A stretch of DNA of 64,000 nucleotides from Octopus sinensis (taxonomy: Eukaryota). This document shows positions 24,650 through 37,894 of this stretch, piece after piece; the stretch's first letter is position 1, and the number at the start of each line of letters is the position of its first letter. The translations under genes and the position numbers were made by a program. The DNA is taken from NCBI RefSeq assembly GCF_006345805.1, contig NC_043005.1, positions 71,176,001 through 71,240,000 on the forward strand, given 5' to 3'. Below the pieces are notes generated by a model. That model did not search any database, was not told the origin of the DNA, and saw only the letters and a list, made by a program, of their open reading frames with translations.

Positions 24650-27143
24650 AGCCGTGAGGATGAAAGACTTGAGGTATTTCGTGTTGCAAGACAGTGTGTG
24701 AGAGAGAATCGTGATGTGGTAGGAGAGAAGTGTGTTCGCATGGATGATGGTTCACTTGCGCTAAATGAGGATGCAAAGAGAGAGGTTTGGAGATGCCACT
24801 ATGAAAGGTTGCTGAATAAAGAAAATGAATGGGATAAAGAGAGTCTGCCGAATGTTGAGCCAACAGAGGGACCAGCTATCCGAGTTGATAGTTCCGTGGT
24901 AGCTAAGGCAATTAGAAGCATGAAGACAGGGAAAGCCCCAGGCCCATCAGGAATTACTGCAGAGATGCTCAAAATATCTGGCAGTGTCGGCTATAACCTA
25001 GTCACCCGTTAGTCAACCAGTGATACACGAAGGAGTCATACCCAATGACTGGTGTAGCAGCATACTAGTCAACTGCTACAAAGGTAAAGGTGATGCCCTG
25101 GATACAAATAATTACAGAGGTATCAAGCTGTTGGATCAGGTAATGAAGGTTACGGAGAGGGTCATAGCCCAACTAATTAGAGAGAGAGTTAGTTTAGATG
25201 AGATGCAGTTTGGGTTTGTCCAGGGAAAAGCACCACTGATGCTATATTCCTGGTAAGGCAGCTGCAGGAGAAATACCTAGCCAAAGATAAGCCCCTGTAC
25301 CTGGCTTTCGTTGACATGGAGAAAGCCTTTGATAGGGTCCCCCGATCCCTCATCTGGTGGTCAATGAGGAAACTAGGGATAGATGAATGGCTGGTGAGGG
25401 CTGTGCAAGCCATGTACAGAGATGCCGTAAGTAAGGTTAGAGTTGGCAGCATGTACACAGAAGAATTCAAGGTAGAGGTTGGGGTCCACCAGGGTCCAGT
25501 ACTCAGCCCCCTCCTTTTATCATAGTCCTCCAGGCAATTGTGGAGGAATTCAAGACAGGTTGCCCCTGGGAGCTCCTCTATGCTGACGACCTCGCTCTAA
25601 TCGCTGAGTCACTATCAGAACTGGAGGAGAAGTTCCAGGTGTGGAAGGAGGGTTTAGAATCGAGGGGCCTTAGAGTCAACCTAGCTAAAACCAAAGTACT
25701 AATAAGTAGAAAGTTAGAAAATCCACAAATATCCTCAGGAAGATGGCCCTGTAGAAAAGGTGTAGGTAGAAACTCTATAAGATGTACCCAGTGTAAGCTA
25801 TGGACACATAAGAGGTGCAGCAATGTCAAAGGTAGGCTAACTGGGAAGATAGTTTTTGTATGTGGCAGATGCTCTGGAGCATTGACCTCCGAAAATCTGC
25901 AGAAAACAACTTCCGTCACTTTCCGGGGGGAAAAACTAGAAGTAGTTGATAGCTTCCGCTATCTAGGTGACCAAGTCAGTAGTGGGCGGGTGCGCTGAAA
26001 GTGTAACTGCTAGAATAAGAATAGCCTGGGCAAAGTTTAGGGAGCTCTTACCTCTGCTGGTGACTAAAGGCCTCTCGCTCAGAGTAAAAGGCAGACTGTA
26101 TGATGCATGTGTACGAACAGCTATGCTACATGGCAGTGAAACATGGGCTGTGACTGCTGAGGACATGCGTAAGCTTGTGAGGAACGAAGCCAGTATGCTC
26201 CGATGGATGTGTAATGTCAGTGTACTTACTCGACAGAGCGTTAGTACCTTGAGAGAAATGTTGTACCTATGAAGCATCAGTTGTTGTGTGCAAGAGAGAC
26301 GATTGCGCTGGTATGGTCATGTGGCGAGAATGGATGAAGATAGGTGTGCGAGAAAGTGCCAATCCCTAGCAGTTGAGGGAACCCGTGGAAGAGGTAGACC
26401 CAGGAAAACCTGGGACGAAGTGATGAAGCACGACCTTCGGACGTTAGGTCTCACCATGGAAATGACTAGAAACCGAGACCTATGGAAGTATGCTGTGCGT
26501 GAGAAGACCCGGCAAGACTAGTGAAGCCATAATCCGTGGTCCCTACCTGGGACGTAGTCAGTCCACCTGTGCATACCTTCCTTCTTGTGACACTTGTGAA
26601 GACCTGTTGAGGCAAGTGAGAATCGAATCAAATCAAATCAAATCAAATCGAACCAAATCAAAATAGATGAACATCAATGGAATTTGTATCCTTGTGGTAC
26701 CAGTGCCGGTGGCACATAGAAAACCATCCGAACGTGGATCGTAGCCAGTACCGCAACGACTGGCCTCCGTGCTGAGGGCACATAACAAACCCATCCGAGC
26801 GTGGCCGTCCGCCAGCCCCGTCTGGCACCTGTGTCGGTGAACATAAGAAAACACCATCCGAGCGTGGCCGTCTGCCAGCCTCGTCTGGCACCTGTGTCGG
26901 TGGCACATAAAAAACACCATCCGAGCGTGGCCGTCTGCCAGCCTCGTCTGGCACCTGTGTCGGTGGCACATAAAATCACCCACTACACTCTCGGAGTGGT
27001 TGGCGTTAGGAAGGGCATCCAGCTGTAGAAACACTGCCAGATCTGACTGGCCTGGTGCAGCCTTCGGGCTTGCCAGACCCCAGTTGAACCGTCCAACCCA
27101 TGCTAGCATGGAAAGCGGACGTTAAACGATGATGATGATGATG
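24650..27143 (+). mobile_element. 5'-truncated RTE-clade non-LTR retrotransposon (RT pseudogene plus 3' UTR)
   Basis: Frameshifted ORF2: KAPGPSGI, NYRGIKLL, QFGF, AFVDMEKAFD, GVHQG, LLYADDL, FRYLG, MLHGSETW, RLRWYGHV. Stop at 26519-26521. The 3' UTR has ~63 bp tandem units and a (GAT)n tail. Confidence 0.95.
26700..26975 (+). repeat. ~63 bp tandem units in the RTE 3' UTR
   Basis: ggcacataaaaaacaccatccgagcgtggccgtctgccagcctcgtctggcacctgtgtcggt is repeated about three times, plus a divergent unit. Confidence 0.9.
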
Positions 27144-27929
27144 AATGACTTCTTTTACATACACACACATACGCACATATTCTGGACACTTCAGTGGCAT
27201 GCTGACAGAATCATTAGTACACCAGGTGAAAGTCTTAGTCCATTTCGTCCATCCTTATATTCTGAGTTCAAATTCCACCAAAGTTGACTTTGCCTTTCAT
27301 CATTTTGGGGCCAATAAAATGAGTACATGTAAGTGATTTAACTGCTCCTGGGTAGGAGTATAAGAACTCTGCCAAGCCATGTTGAGCTAGTGTGACAGAG
27401 CAGGCTCATCAAACTAGTATGACCCCAAGCTCAAATTCACAGCCTGCCCATCAGACTTGTGGTAAGTAGCTTGTGGTAAGTACATGCTGAGGACTTCTTC
27501 CCACAGTGGACTGAATGTAAGCAATCCAGTCCAATCTCTACACTTTATTATGACAACATATTCCTTGATATTGCTGAAATAGAATTTCTCTAAATACAAT
27601 ACCATATTAAAAAAATTGTATTGCCAATCTTCAGGTGTAGATTATATGAACTTATTTTGCTATTTGCATCGTATATTAAGACATGACAAACTAAAATTAT
27701 ATAACTAGAAGTTGTTGGAATAATTTTACTTTGGTAAATAATGAAGAGAAATGTGAAATAAAAGTAGTAAAAAGAAATGTTAACTTATCTGTATGGTAAT
27801 TTTCTCTCCACGAATTCAACATGCCTACTAGCAATCGTATAATCCAGCATTGAGAGCTACTATGTAGGGGAGATAATTCTTATTGACATTTAAAAGTTCT
27901 TAAAAGGTATTTTCTATAATTTATAATTA

Positions 27930-27993
27930 CCGTGTAATGGAAGTGAATAATAATAAATCAGGAGAAGCCGGAAGTGTATGATGGGAATAGTCT
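27930..27993. promoter_or_regulatory. Possible housekeeping-type promoter motif cluster
   Basis: ETS-type CCGGAAGTG at 27968 and a second GGAAGTG at 27939. Adjacent minus-strand gactattcccatcat resembles a ZNF143/Staf site. Lies in unique non-repeat DNA. Confidence 0.3.
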
Positions 27994-28393
27994 AATTTTT
28001 TTCTTGGTAAATTTATTTTATTTATATTTTAACTTTGATAAATAATAAATTTCTAGGTCAGTAAATAGGTAAACTGAATTACTCAACATATAATTATGAA
28101 ATATTTAAAATATTTAAAAATATTTTGAAATAAGAAAAAGTCAGTAAAAAAATTATTTTTATAATTATAATACAATTAATATATATATTGATTAAACTAT
28201 AATTCTTAAAATTGAGTTTCTAAATTAAGATTAAAAATTTAGAATAATACCATCTAATAGTATACTATAAATTTTTATTAAGAAACTAAAATATCTGAAA
28301 TTAGAAGTTAATTAAATGTCATCTTACATTTATATATAAATAAGTAGATATATTCTAGTTATACTAAAAAGTAAGATATGATTATACATTATT

Positions 28394-28662
28394 CTTTTAC
28401 TCTTTTACTTGACTGCAGCCAAGCTGAAGCACCGCATTTAGTCAAGCAATGTTGGGGGTACAAACACAGACACACAAACATATACACGCACATACACATA
28501 TATACGACGGGCTTCTTTTAGTTTCTGTCTACCAAATCCACTCATAAGTCTTTGGTCATCCCAAGGCTTCTAGTAGAAGACACTTGCCAAGGTGCCACAC
28601 AGTGGGACTGAACCCAGAACCATGTGGTTGGTAAGTAAGCTACCTACCACACAGCCACTCGC
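28394..28662 (-). mobile_element. SINE family A (internally deleted)
   Basis: Reverse-complement head and tail with the central part missing. Confidence 0.85.
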
Positions 28663-29000
28663 ATCTAAGTATTATGATTACATCTTTTGATTTAAAATTA
28701 GGGTTTTATTTATTTTCTAAAGAGTGAAATATTATCTCATTAAATAGGCAATTCAGTTTATGTTTACATTTAATTTTTCGTTCCTTCTGGGTGTAGATTA
28801 GTCTTATTTTAGCTTTTAATACTTCCATAAATTCGTGTGCACATGAATGTAAAGTCCAAGAATGTAAAGTATATGATTTGAAATAAGAATTATAGGTATT
28901 AATTTTGATAATTTTAATATTTAGTTCTATATGTACCTATCGTGGATAATGTCGTTCAATGATAATTGAGTTGCTTGAGGGGGATTCTGTCTCTTAAACC

Positions 29001-29019
<19 letters not shown>

Positions 29020-29033
<14 letters not shown>

Positions 29034-29340
29034 AAATCCGTTCTGTTTGTCTGCCTGTGTGTCTTCTAGGATCTCGGGCATCATCCATCCGATTGTGCTC
29101 AAATTTGATTTGTAGATACCAATGATATCAGGGCGTATATAAGTCTTAAAAAAGTTATAAAAATCGATTCCAGGTAAGAATGCGATCGATATAGCTGTGG
29201 GACTGGGCATTTGTACGTGCAAGTACATTAGCTGTTGCAATGTACTTACTGGTACTTTAAACTCTTCGGTTGCATATTTGTGTGAATAAAATCGTTTTCC
29301 TTTGGAATAGAAAAAAGTCAATCTTTATTTCTTCTTCTGC
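29020..29340 (+). mobile_element. Helitron-like 5' fragment
   Basis: tatataaaatccgttctgtttgtctg...atccgattgtgctcaaatttg resembles typical non-autonomous Helitron 5' ends. Confidence 0.4.
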
Positions 29341-30217
29341 AGGTGTCTTAAATTTAGGTTAAATCAGTGTTTCTCAAAGGGGAGGCCTATGGGACGGTCG
29401 GACAAGTTGTTTTGAGAAAATTTGGTTTAAATGTTTGACAACTCAGCACTGTCCATTGGATGGGGGGGGGGCGTTTTGCTCATATATATATATATATACG
29501 TATATATACATGCATATATGAGTACAGGCTGTCTCCAACTGTGCAAATAATATACACACAAGAGATACATACAAGACGTGGACAGTAATTACAGGAGAAG
29601 AACGAGTGAAATACATAAACACCAAGAAAAAAGAGAAAAAAATGGAAAACAGGACAAGTTAACACAGAAAAAGGACTTATATATATATATATATACGTAG
29701 ATAGATAGATAGATAGATAGATAGATACACATATGTATGCATTTCTCTACGTATGTGTCTTTAGCTTATTTTTATCGGTAGTAGATATAAACAAATGTTA
29801 GAAAAGAATCAAACAAAATAGAAGCAGTGTTTTACAAATGTTGTCCCTTGAAATGGGCCAGACAGTCTCTTGTTACTTTTGCTATCAGCCACAGAGTAAA
29901 CTAGTGATTAGCCTGTTAAGAATCAGTAGACTGCTGTTTATAAATGGTGTTATAAAAAAAGTTTATAAGAAATCAATATGAAGAATGTTGATATATGACC
30001 TTCACTATTTAAAGGAAAACGTTTTATTTGTTGCATTTAATAAAATACAGTAATGTGGTGATGCTGAGAGATTCTTTTCGAAAGCATTCTGTGTTATAGA
30101 ACACATCAGTTTGTCTTTACTGACCATGTTCTACAGCTTTTCTCTATGGTTTTCATAGGATGTGAGATGAGAAGTAAAAAAGCCCCTTGTACAACTCTAC
30201 ACCATTCTTTAGAAAAA

Positions 30218-30606
30218 TGGTGGTGGTGATCGTGGTGATGATGTTGATGATGATAGGTGAAGAGGAGGAGGAGGAGGAAGGTGATGATGATGGTGGTGAT
30301 GGTGGTGATGTTGGTGATGCTGGTGATGGGGATGATGATGATGACAACTATGCTGATGCCAATGATGGTGACAATAATGACGACAACGATGACAATGATG
30401 ATGATGACGATGACGATGATAATGATGGCGACAATGATGATGATGATGATGATGTCAATGATGACGACGACGACAATGATGATGATGATGATAGCAACAA
30501 TGATGATGATGATGATGTTGACGATGATGATGATGACAATGCTGATGGTGATGATGACAACAATGTCGACGACAACAATGACGATGACGATGATGATAAT
30601 GATGGT
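30218..30606. repeat. Degenerate (GAT/GAC/AAT)n array
   Basis: Visible trinucleotide array. Confidence 0.95.
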
Positions 30607-32204
30607 AGTTTCTCTTGGACCAAAAAAGACAGCTCTGCAATTTCTTGTCGAACAATCTGCACAAATTACTATAAATAGTAATTAAATATTTGAGCTGTAC
30701 ATTAGCTTACTGCCCGAATCAAACTGATTTTGCAAGGTGTTCTATAGTGATTGCAGAATAACATACAATGAAGTGTTTTACTCAAGAACACAATACACCA
30801 ACCAGTCCAGGAATTGAAAGCACAATCTTGTGATCTCGAGTGCAACACACTTAACCACTAGGCCATACACCTCTGACTCTTGGAAGAACGCGACACATTA
30901 AATAATCCTTTTTATCTCACAGCAGAATGTAATAAACTCTAAGAGAGTGAGTGAGATTGAGAGAGCTCGGTTGACCCTAGCACATGATTGGTACCTTATT
31001 TATCAACTCCAATGTAAAGTAGAGTTGACCTCAGTAGCATTTGAACTCAGAATGAAAAGATCCCACAAGGGATCTATCCACTGATTTTAATGATTCTGCT
31101 AATTGATCAATTATAAAATAGTCATCATCATCATACCCACTTGACAAATGGTGTTGGTTTGTTTACATCTCATAACTTAGCAGTTTAGCAAAAATTGTTT
31201 AATAGAATAAGTACCAGACTTTGAAAAAATTAAGTACTGGGGTTGATTTGTTCAACTAAAATTTTTAAGGCTGTACCCCAGCATGGCCACAATCTAATGG
31301 CTGAAACAAGGGATGCCTAACTTTCTTTAACAATTTAATCAGAACTTATAGCATTACACATGCCTATGACATCCTGCACATATTTCATATGAATGTGGTT
31401 ATTATGGAATTTATGTCATTCTTGAAACAGCTGTTGAGATAAAACTTTACATAATTCTTCTATTCTGTTCTTTTTTTATTCTGCATCTGTATTTTTTACA
31501 CCATGTAAATACACATCTCAAGCCTACCAGTGTTTATCTACCTCTCTACCTACCCACCTATATGTGTGTGTATGCGCGTGCGCATGTGTGTGTGTGTGAG
31601 TGAGTGTGTATGCATACATGTGTATGTATGTCTGTGTGTTTGTCGCCACATGACATGACAAGTTTTGGTTGCTTTAAATCCCCATAACTTAGCAAAAGAG
31701 ACTCAAGAATTAAATACCAGACTCTAAAAATTTGTCCTGGGGTCCATTCATTTAACTAAACTCTTTAAGGCAGTGCCCTAGACTGGCCACAGTCCAATGA
31801 ATGAAACAAGTAAAAGATATATAATAAAAGAAAGACAATATACTGATTAATGCAGCCCTTGGCCTTTTGGGGTTTTGGTATATAGAGGAAATCATTTATT
31901 CTCAAAATGAAAATATAACTTCAATAACATTAAGAGGATAATCAATAACATGAAAACCCTATAGCTTTGTAGTTTTGTTTCTGTGAAATTTGTTTTTCTC
32001 CTTTTATCATTTCCCTGAAGGACAACTCCAAAATGTTGATCTTTTTCCTGTTTCTTCTTAACAGAGCTAAGTCAAATTCAAGTATATAATAAAGAGACAT
32101 TTCTTAAATCTATTTTGGATGCATACACCCAACAGCTTAAATTAGCTTTCTTTATTAATAAGCAACAAGTTTTAATATAATTTATGTACATTTGATTCGT
32201 CAGG

Positions 32205-32715
32205 TGACATTTCATGCTTGAGATGACCTATTGAGTCAAGCAAAATCAAAATCAAAATTATATCACAATGAAATGGAAATTGTAGTTGTGACTGATGCCA
32301 GTGCCACCTGGCTTGCTCCCATGGTGGTGGCATGTAATAAACACCATTTATGCATGTGTCATTGCCAGTGCTGCCTGACTGGCTCCTGTGCCAGTGGCAC
32401 ATAAAAAGCACCATCCAAACATGGTCGATGCCAACCTTCTGCCCTGACTGGCACCTGTGCTGGCAGCATGTAAAAAGCATCATTCAAATGTGGCTGATGC
32501 TGGTGGCGCATGACTGGCTCCTGTGCCAGTGGCATGTAAAAAGCACCCACTACACTCTCAGAATGGTTGGCATTAGGAAGAGCATCCAGATGTAGAAACA
32601 CTGCCAGATCAGATTGGAGCCTGGTGCGGCCTCCTGGCTTGCCAGTCCCCAGTCAAACCCTCCAATCCATACCAGCATGGAAAAACAAGTTAAACAATGA
32701 TGATGATGATGATGA
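32205..32715 (+). mobile_element. Older RTE 3' UTR and tail copy
   Basis: Diverged units ggcacataaaaagcaccatcc...ctggcacctgtg, plus the terminal ggttggcattaggaagagcatccag...gatgatgat. Confidence 0.85.
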
Positions 32716-33208
32716 GTATCTTTAAATTTGCAATTTAACATTTTGTTTTTAAATATGAAACCATGAGAAATACACTTATCAAAAGATTTACAACCTACCA
32801 ACTAAAAGTTATCTTAGTACTCAGCTTTTGTTTTTATAATTTTTAATATCTTCTTGTACATTTTCATTATCATTATTGATTTAACTCATCTGAGTTCAAA
32901 TTCCACCGAGGTTGACTTTGCCTTACATCCCTTCAGGATCAATAAAATAAGTACCAGTAGAACACTGGGGTTGATTCAATTGACTAGTTTCCTCCATGGA
33001 AATTTCAGCCCTTGTGCTTACATTAGAAAACATTGTCTATTGACACAGGAGTGGGTAAAATAAAAATGTTAGTTCATTTATTTATTTTTTTGTTGTTATT
33101 AGTGTTTGTCAGTGATTCAAGGACAGAGATAATAATGAAATGGATTGAGCTAGTGTATTACTGGTACATATTTTTATGATCCCCACCCTAAATGTGTAGA
33201 AGATGACC

Positions 33209-33617
33209 AGGTGCAGGAGTGGCTGTGTGGTAAGTAGCTTGCCTATCAACCGCATGGTTCCAGGTTCAGTCCCACTGCATGGCACCTTGGACAAGTGTCC
33301 TCTACTATAGCCTCGAGCCGACCAAAGCCTTGTGAGTGGATTTGATAGATGGAAACTGAAAGAAGCCCGTCATATATATGTATATATATGTATGTGTGTG
33401 TATATGTTTGTATCTGTGTTTGTCCCCCCAACATCGCTTGACAACCGATGGTGGTGTGTTTACGTACCCGTAACTTAGAAGTCTGGCAAAAGAGACCGAT
33501 GGAATAAGTACTAGGCTTAAAAAGAATAAGTACTGGGCTCGATTTGCTCGACTAAAGGCGGTGCTCCAGGATGGCCACAGTCAAATGACTGAGACAGGTA
33601 AAAGAGTAAAAGAGTAA
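33209..33617 (+). mobile_element. SINE family A, full length
   Basis: Complete head-to-tail match. Confidence 0.92.
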
Positions 33618-34249
33618 ATGAGAGAAACAGGAGGAATGGTGACATGAAAGTCATCCAGCCATAGAAAATAAGCCTCAACAAATTCCTTCTTGGTCATGTT
33701 AAGAATTGAAGAGTGGCCATTAAAACAATGATCAAAACAATAACTTGTAACATTGGTTCAATACTAGGATTTCTGAGAAAGGAGTTTAGGAGTGATTCTT
33801 AAACCACTCCCAGCACCCCTATTCGTGACTGGTACTTGAATTTATTCATATTAAAACAAGGAAAAAAAAACAAAATTAATGGTGCAGATATGGCTATGAG
33901 GTATGTAACTTATTTCCCAAGCACATGGTTCTGGGTTCAGTCCTAATGCATGGCGCTTCAGGCAAATTCTTCTACTATAACCTAAGGGTGACCAAACGCA
34001 TGTGAGCTGATTAAGCAGAGGGAAACGGAAACAAGCCAACCATATATACAGACATACATGTCTGTGTGTGTGAGTGTGTCTGTGTGTGAATGAGTGTGTG
34101 TGTGTTTGTCCCCACCACCTCCTGACAGCTGGTATCAGTGTGCTAACATCTTTACAACTGAGCAGCTTGGCAAAAGAGACTGAGAAAGTATGAAGCTTAA
34201 AAACGTAAATTCATTCGACTAAACATTCTTCAAGGCAGTGCTCCAGCAT

Positions 34250-34731
34250 TCATCATCGTCATTGTTCGACTGTGGTTGAGACAATGGAATTTACCATGCT
34301 ACGCCAGACTTCACGGTCCATCATGGCATTACGGAGGTCCTGTTGCTGGATGCCTGTATCCCTGGAGATTACATCAGGGTAGGAGAGTGTGCGCCCTCTG
34401 GTATTGCGAGTAGATGGCTTCCAGAGGAGAAGAGTAGAAATTACTTCTTTTCAGCTCTACAACAATGTCCAGCAAACTGGACTCTCCTACCTTTCACAAG
34501 AGATGACACAGGTGGTAGTTTCCCATATATTTGCATTTTGGTTGGATGGCGCTTCCACGAAAGATTTTGAGCTCTCATAAGGAGGCGGGTGTAGGTTCCA
34601 TCCAACCGCCTCTCAAGCTTCTTTGATAACGTCCAGGTTTCTGAGCCATATAGTAGAATTGGTTCGACTGTGGCTTTGAAGATTTCAAGTTTGAAGTCTC
34701 TACTTAGATTTGATGACCAGATTTTATGCAT
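34250..34731 (-). mobile_element. Second RTE/RTEX-like LINE family 3' end nested in a SINE A tail
   Basis: IFKATVEPILLYGSETWTL...RRVQFAGHC...DREVWR with a (GAT)-like tail. It interrupts gctccagcat|tgctgcagtc, with a short gcatt duplication. Confidence 0.85.
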
Positions 34732-35271
34732 TGCTGCAGTCTAATGACCAAAATGAATAAAAGATATGCGTTGTCTTTACCAGGATTTGAACTCAGTAAA
34801 CAGAGAAATAAACTAAATGCTAAAAGACATGCAGTAGTGTGACTTAAATCTCGAGCTGACTTCACAACCTACCCTACTGTCCTTCAAATATAAATAACAA
34901 TAAAAATCAAACGGAAATCTTCTGAAAAATGAAAGGCAATGCATTAAAAGTGCATTTATAGATGTTTATGAAATGCTTAAAATAATATAAAACACAAGGA
35001 TAAGAAGAGATGTTCTTTTTTTTTTCTCGATTGAATTATAGAAACATAATTTGTAAAGAAAAACAAGGAAATATATAATTTTAAAACATTTAGGAAATGA
35101 AAAAGTATATGAAAAATTTTCTTTAAAAATCAAAAAATGTTTTGACATTTTGATTCTAAAGAATTTGTGAGTGTGTGTGTGTGTGTAGGTGTGTGTATTC
35201 ATTACTTTTGTATTTTACATTTTTATTAGGTGTCTTTAAATATACACACATATATATATACATATACACAC

Positions 35272-35315
<44 letters not shown>

Positions 35316-35390
35316 GCATATATATATATATATATATGTACACGTAGAAAGATATTGATTTTATATATGTACATTTAAAATATTTACCAG

Positions 35391-35434
<44 letters not shown>

Positions 35435-36244
35435 CATATGTATATATGTGTATATATATATATATATATATGCATATATATATGTATATATATATATGTA
35501 TATATATATGTATATATATATATATATGTATATATATATGTATGTATATATATATATATATAGGTGTGTGTTTGAGAGAGGGATAGAGAAAGAGAGAGAT
35601 TCAGCTGTCACCTTCCCATAACCTACTGCATCTATCGACACCGACACCGCAGAAGTTCCGAGGTTCCATTCACATATACCATCACCTCACTCTTCCTCAC
35701 CCTCTCACTAGCTTCACAGTGTCACTCCTGCAACAGCTACAACTACTACTGCTGCTACTACTACTACCACTACTGATATTTCCACCAGCGCCACCTCACC
35801 AATACAACTGCCAGGATATCTTAAATAAAACTTGACATTCATTTCTGCTGACAGTACTACTTACAACAACAACAGCAACAACAACAACAGCTGCAGCAGC
35901 ATCAACAACAATAATAAAAAACAGCAATAACAAGCCATTGAGGGAGTCTCTTCATGGTAACAAGGCATTCTAGAAATAGCAACCAAATCTGCTTAAATCA
36001 CACCTTGTTATCTTAGATCTTGTAGTTCTTGAGAGTCCTTAAAAAAATAAGTGTGACTTAACATGGTTCTTATCTTGCCAGAAACAGCAGTGAATTATAC
36101 TTCAAATCATAACTTAGTGTTTTAAAAAATCATTCCAGATCTGCACAAACAAATCTGATCTGCCCTGGTGTTGATCAGCAAGGACATGAAGTTGATCTAC
36201 AGAATGCTACAGGACCAAAATTTTAATTGTCTTTATGTAAATAT

Positions 36245-36870
36245 TGGTTTCAAACTTTGACACAAAACCAACAATTTCAGGAGAGGGGGTAAGTCAATTA
36301 CATCGACCCCAGTGCCCAAATGGTACTTAATTTTTCAACCCTGAAAGGATAAAAGATAAAGCTGACCTTGGTGAAATTTGAACTGAGAAATTTGAACTCA
36401 GGCAAAATGCCATTGAGCATTTTGGTGTGCATGCTAATAATTCTGGCCTTCTTTATATGTGAATATTATGACTTTGCCAACAAAGAAAGTATTGGTCTTC
36501 TTCAGCCTCAGTTTATATTTTATATTCTCTTCTACTCTAGGCACAAGGCCCGAAATTTTTGGGGAGGTGGGGCAGTCGACTAGCTCGACCCCATTACACG
36601 ACTGGGTACACCAAAAGTAACAGCAGATGAAATACCTATTTCTTTACTACCCACAAGGGGATAAACACAGAGAGGTCAAACAAGGACAGACAAGCAGATT
36701 AAGTCGATTATATCGACCCCAGTGCATAACTTGTACTTATTTAATCGACCCCCAAGAGGATGAAAGGCAAAGTCGACCTCAGCAGAATTTGAACTCTGAA
36801 CATAGCGGCAGATGAAATACCACTAAGCATTTCGCCCAGTGTGCTAACGTTTTTGTCAGTTCACCACCTT
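36245..36870 (-). mobile_element. SINE family B cluster including a dimeric copy
   Basis: Reverse-complement family B core at 36245-36450 and 36525-36870. Confidence 0.85.
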
Positions 36871-36874
36871 TTTA

Positions 36875-37051
36875 TACCTCCCACATTTTAAACTTTCACC
36901 TGTGTTACTAATGAACTTATCCAAGTGCCGATGATGTTTTCATTTAGCTAACGAACAAAAACTGTAACCCTTTGTTTAAGCATTAATAAAATTAACTTTT
37001 CATAAATGTTGCTTCTTTTTCCTTTCGTCAACCTTTCAAATGTGGGAGGTA
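36875..37051. mobile_element. Small TA-flanked MITE
   Basis: TA-cctcccacattt ... aaatgtgggagg-TA terminal inverted repeats. Confidence 0.55.
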
Positions 37052-37369
37052 TTTCTGCCATACTCTGTATTTTACATTCTCAATACCAGTTTCTTTTGAC
37101 ATGTCACAACAGTTCTGTATTTAAAGGGAAGAAAAGACAAAATCTGTGGTATCCACAGCTTTCACAATGCACCAGTAGAATAAATAAAATTAAGTTCTTT
37201 TAACTAAAACTCAATAATGCACCAAAGTCTAAGAACTCTGGTGAATATCTTTTCATCTTAAAATTAGCACTTCTAAAATATATAAGATGTATAAATTGCT
37301 AGAAGGGATAAAGATGAAATACATTCAAACCATATGGTGTTCTCAAGGGCTGATTCTTTGTACTGTTAC

Positions 37370-37474
37370 CATCTTAGTAAGTAGATAGCTGAAAGGTAGT
37401 TCTTTTTCTAGATAAGGGATCAGTCTGGGATGGTTCCAAAATGTTCTGGGATATATTCCAAACAACCAAATGCA
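37370..37474 (-). CDS. Candidate internal coding exon (105 nt, phase 0-0)
   Basis: tttcAG acceptor and ATG|GTAACA donor. Only one frame is open: CIWLFGIYPRTFWNHPRLIPYLEKELPFSYLLTKM. Unidentified. Confidence 0.35.
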
Positions 37475-37894
37475 CTGAAATTCAAGTAATTTAAAGAGTA
37501 CTACAATGCAAAAAACACAATAATACATCAGTTTAAATTTCATATTGCTATGTGTGTGTGTATGTGTGTATGTATGTGTGTATGTATGTATGTATGTATG
37601 TATGTATGTATGTATGTATGTATGTATGTATGACTGTGCATGTGTGTGTATGTATATTTTCATTTGTCCAACTGTTTTTACACCCATTTTTCAATGCTAG
37701 CATGGGTTAGATGAATATATCATTGAAGCATTGTTTTACAGTTGGATACCACTCCTGATATACAATACCATTTGCAGCTTACAACTTTCATGAGGTACAA
37801 ATAAACGTAAACAAACACACATATGTACACAGATGTACATGCACATATACACACATACACACAAATACACATATACAAACATACATACATGCAT

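Noticed and set aside
27414-27852. Assignment of the minus-strand peptide to PIGH
   Set aside because: Only a superficial N-terminal resemblance. No transmembrane segments or conserved VINE/PRL motifs were found.
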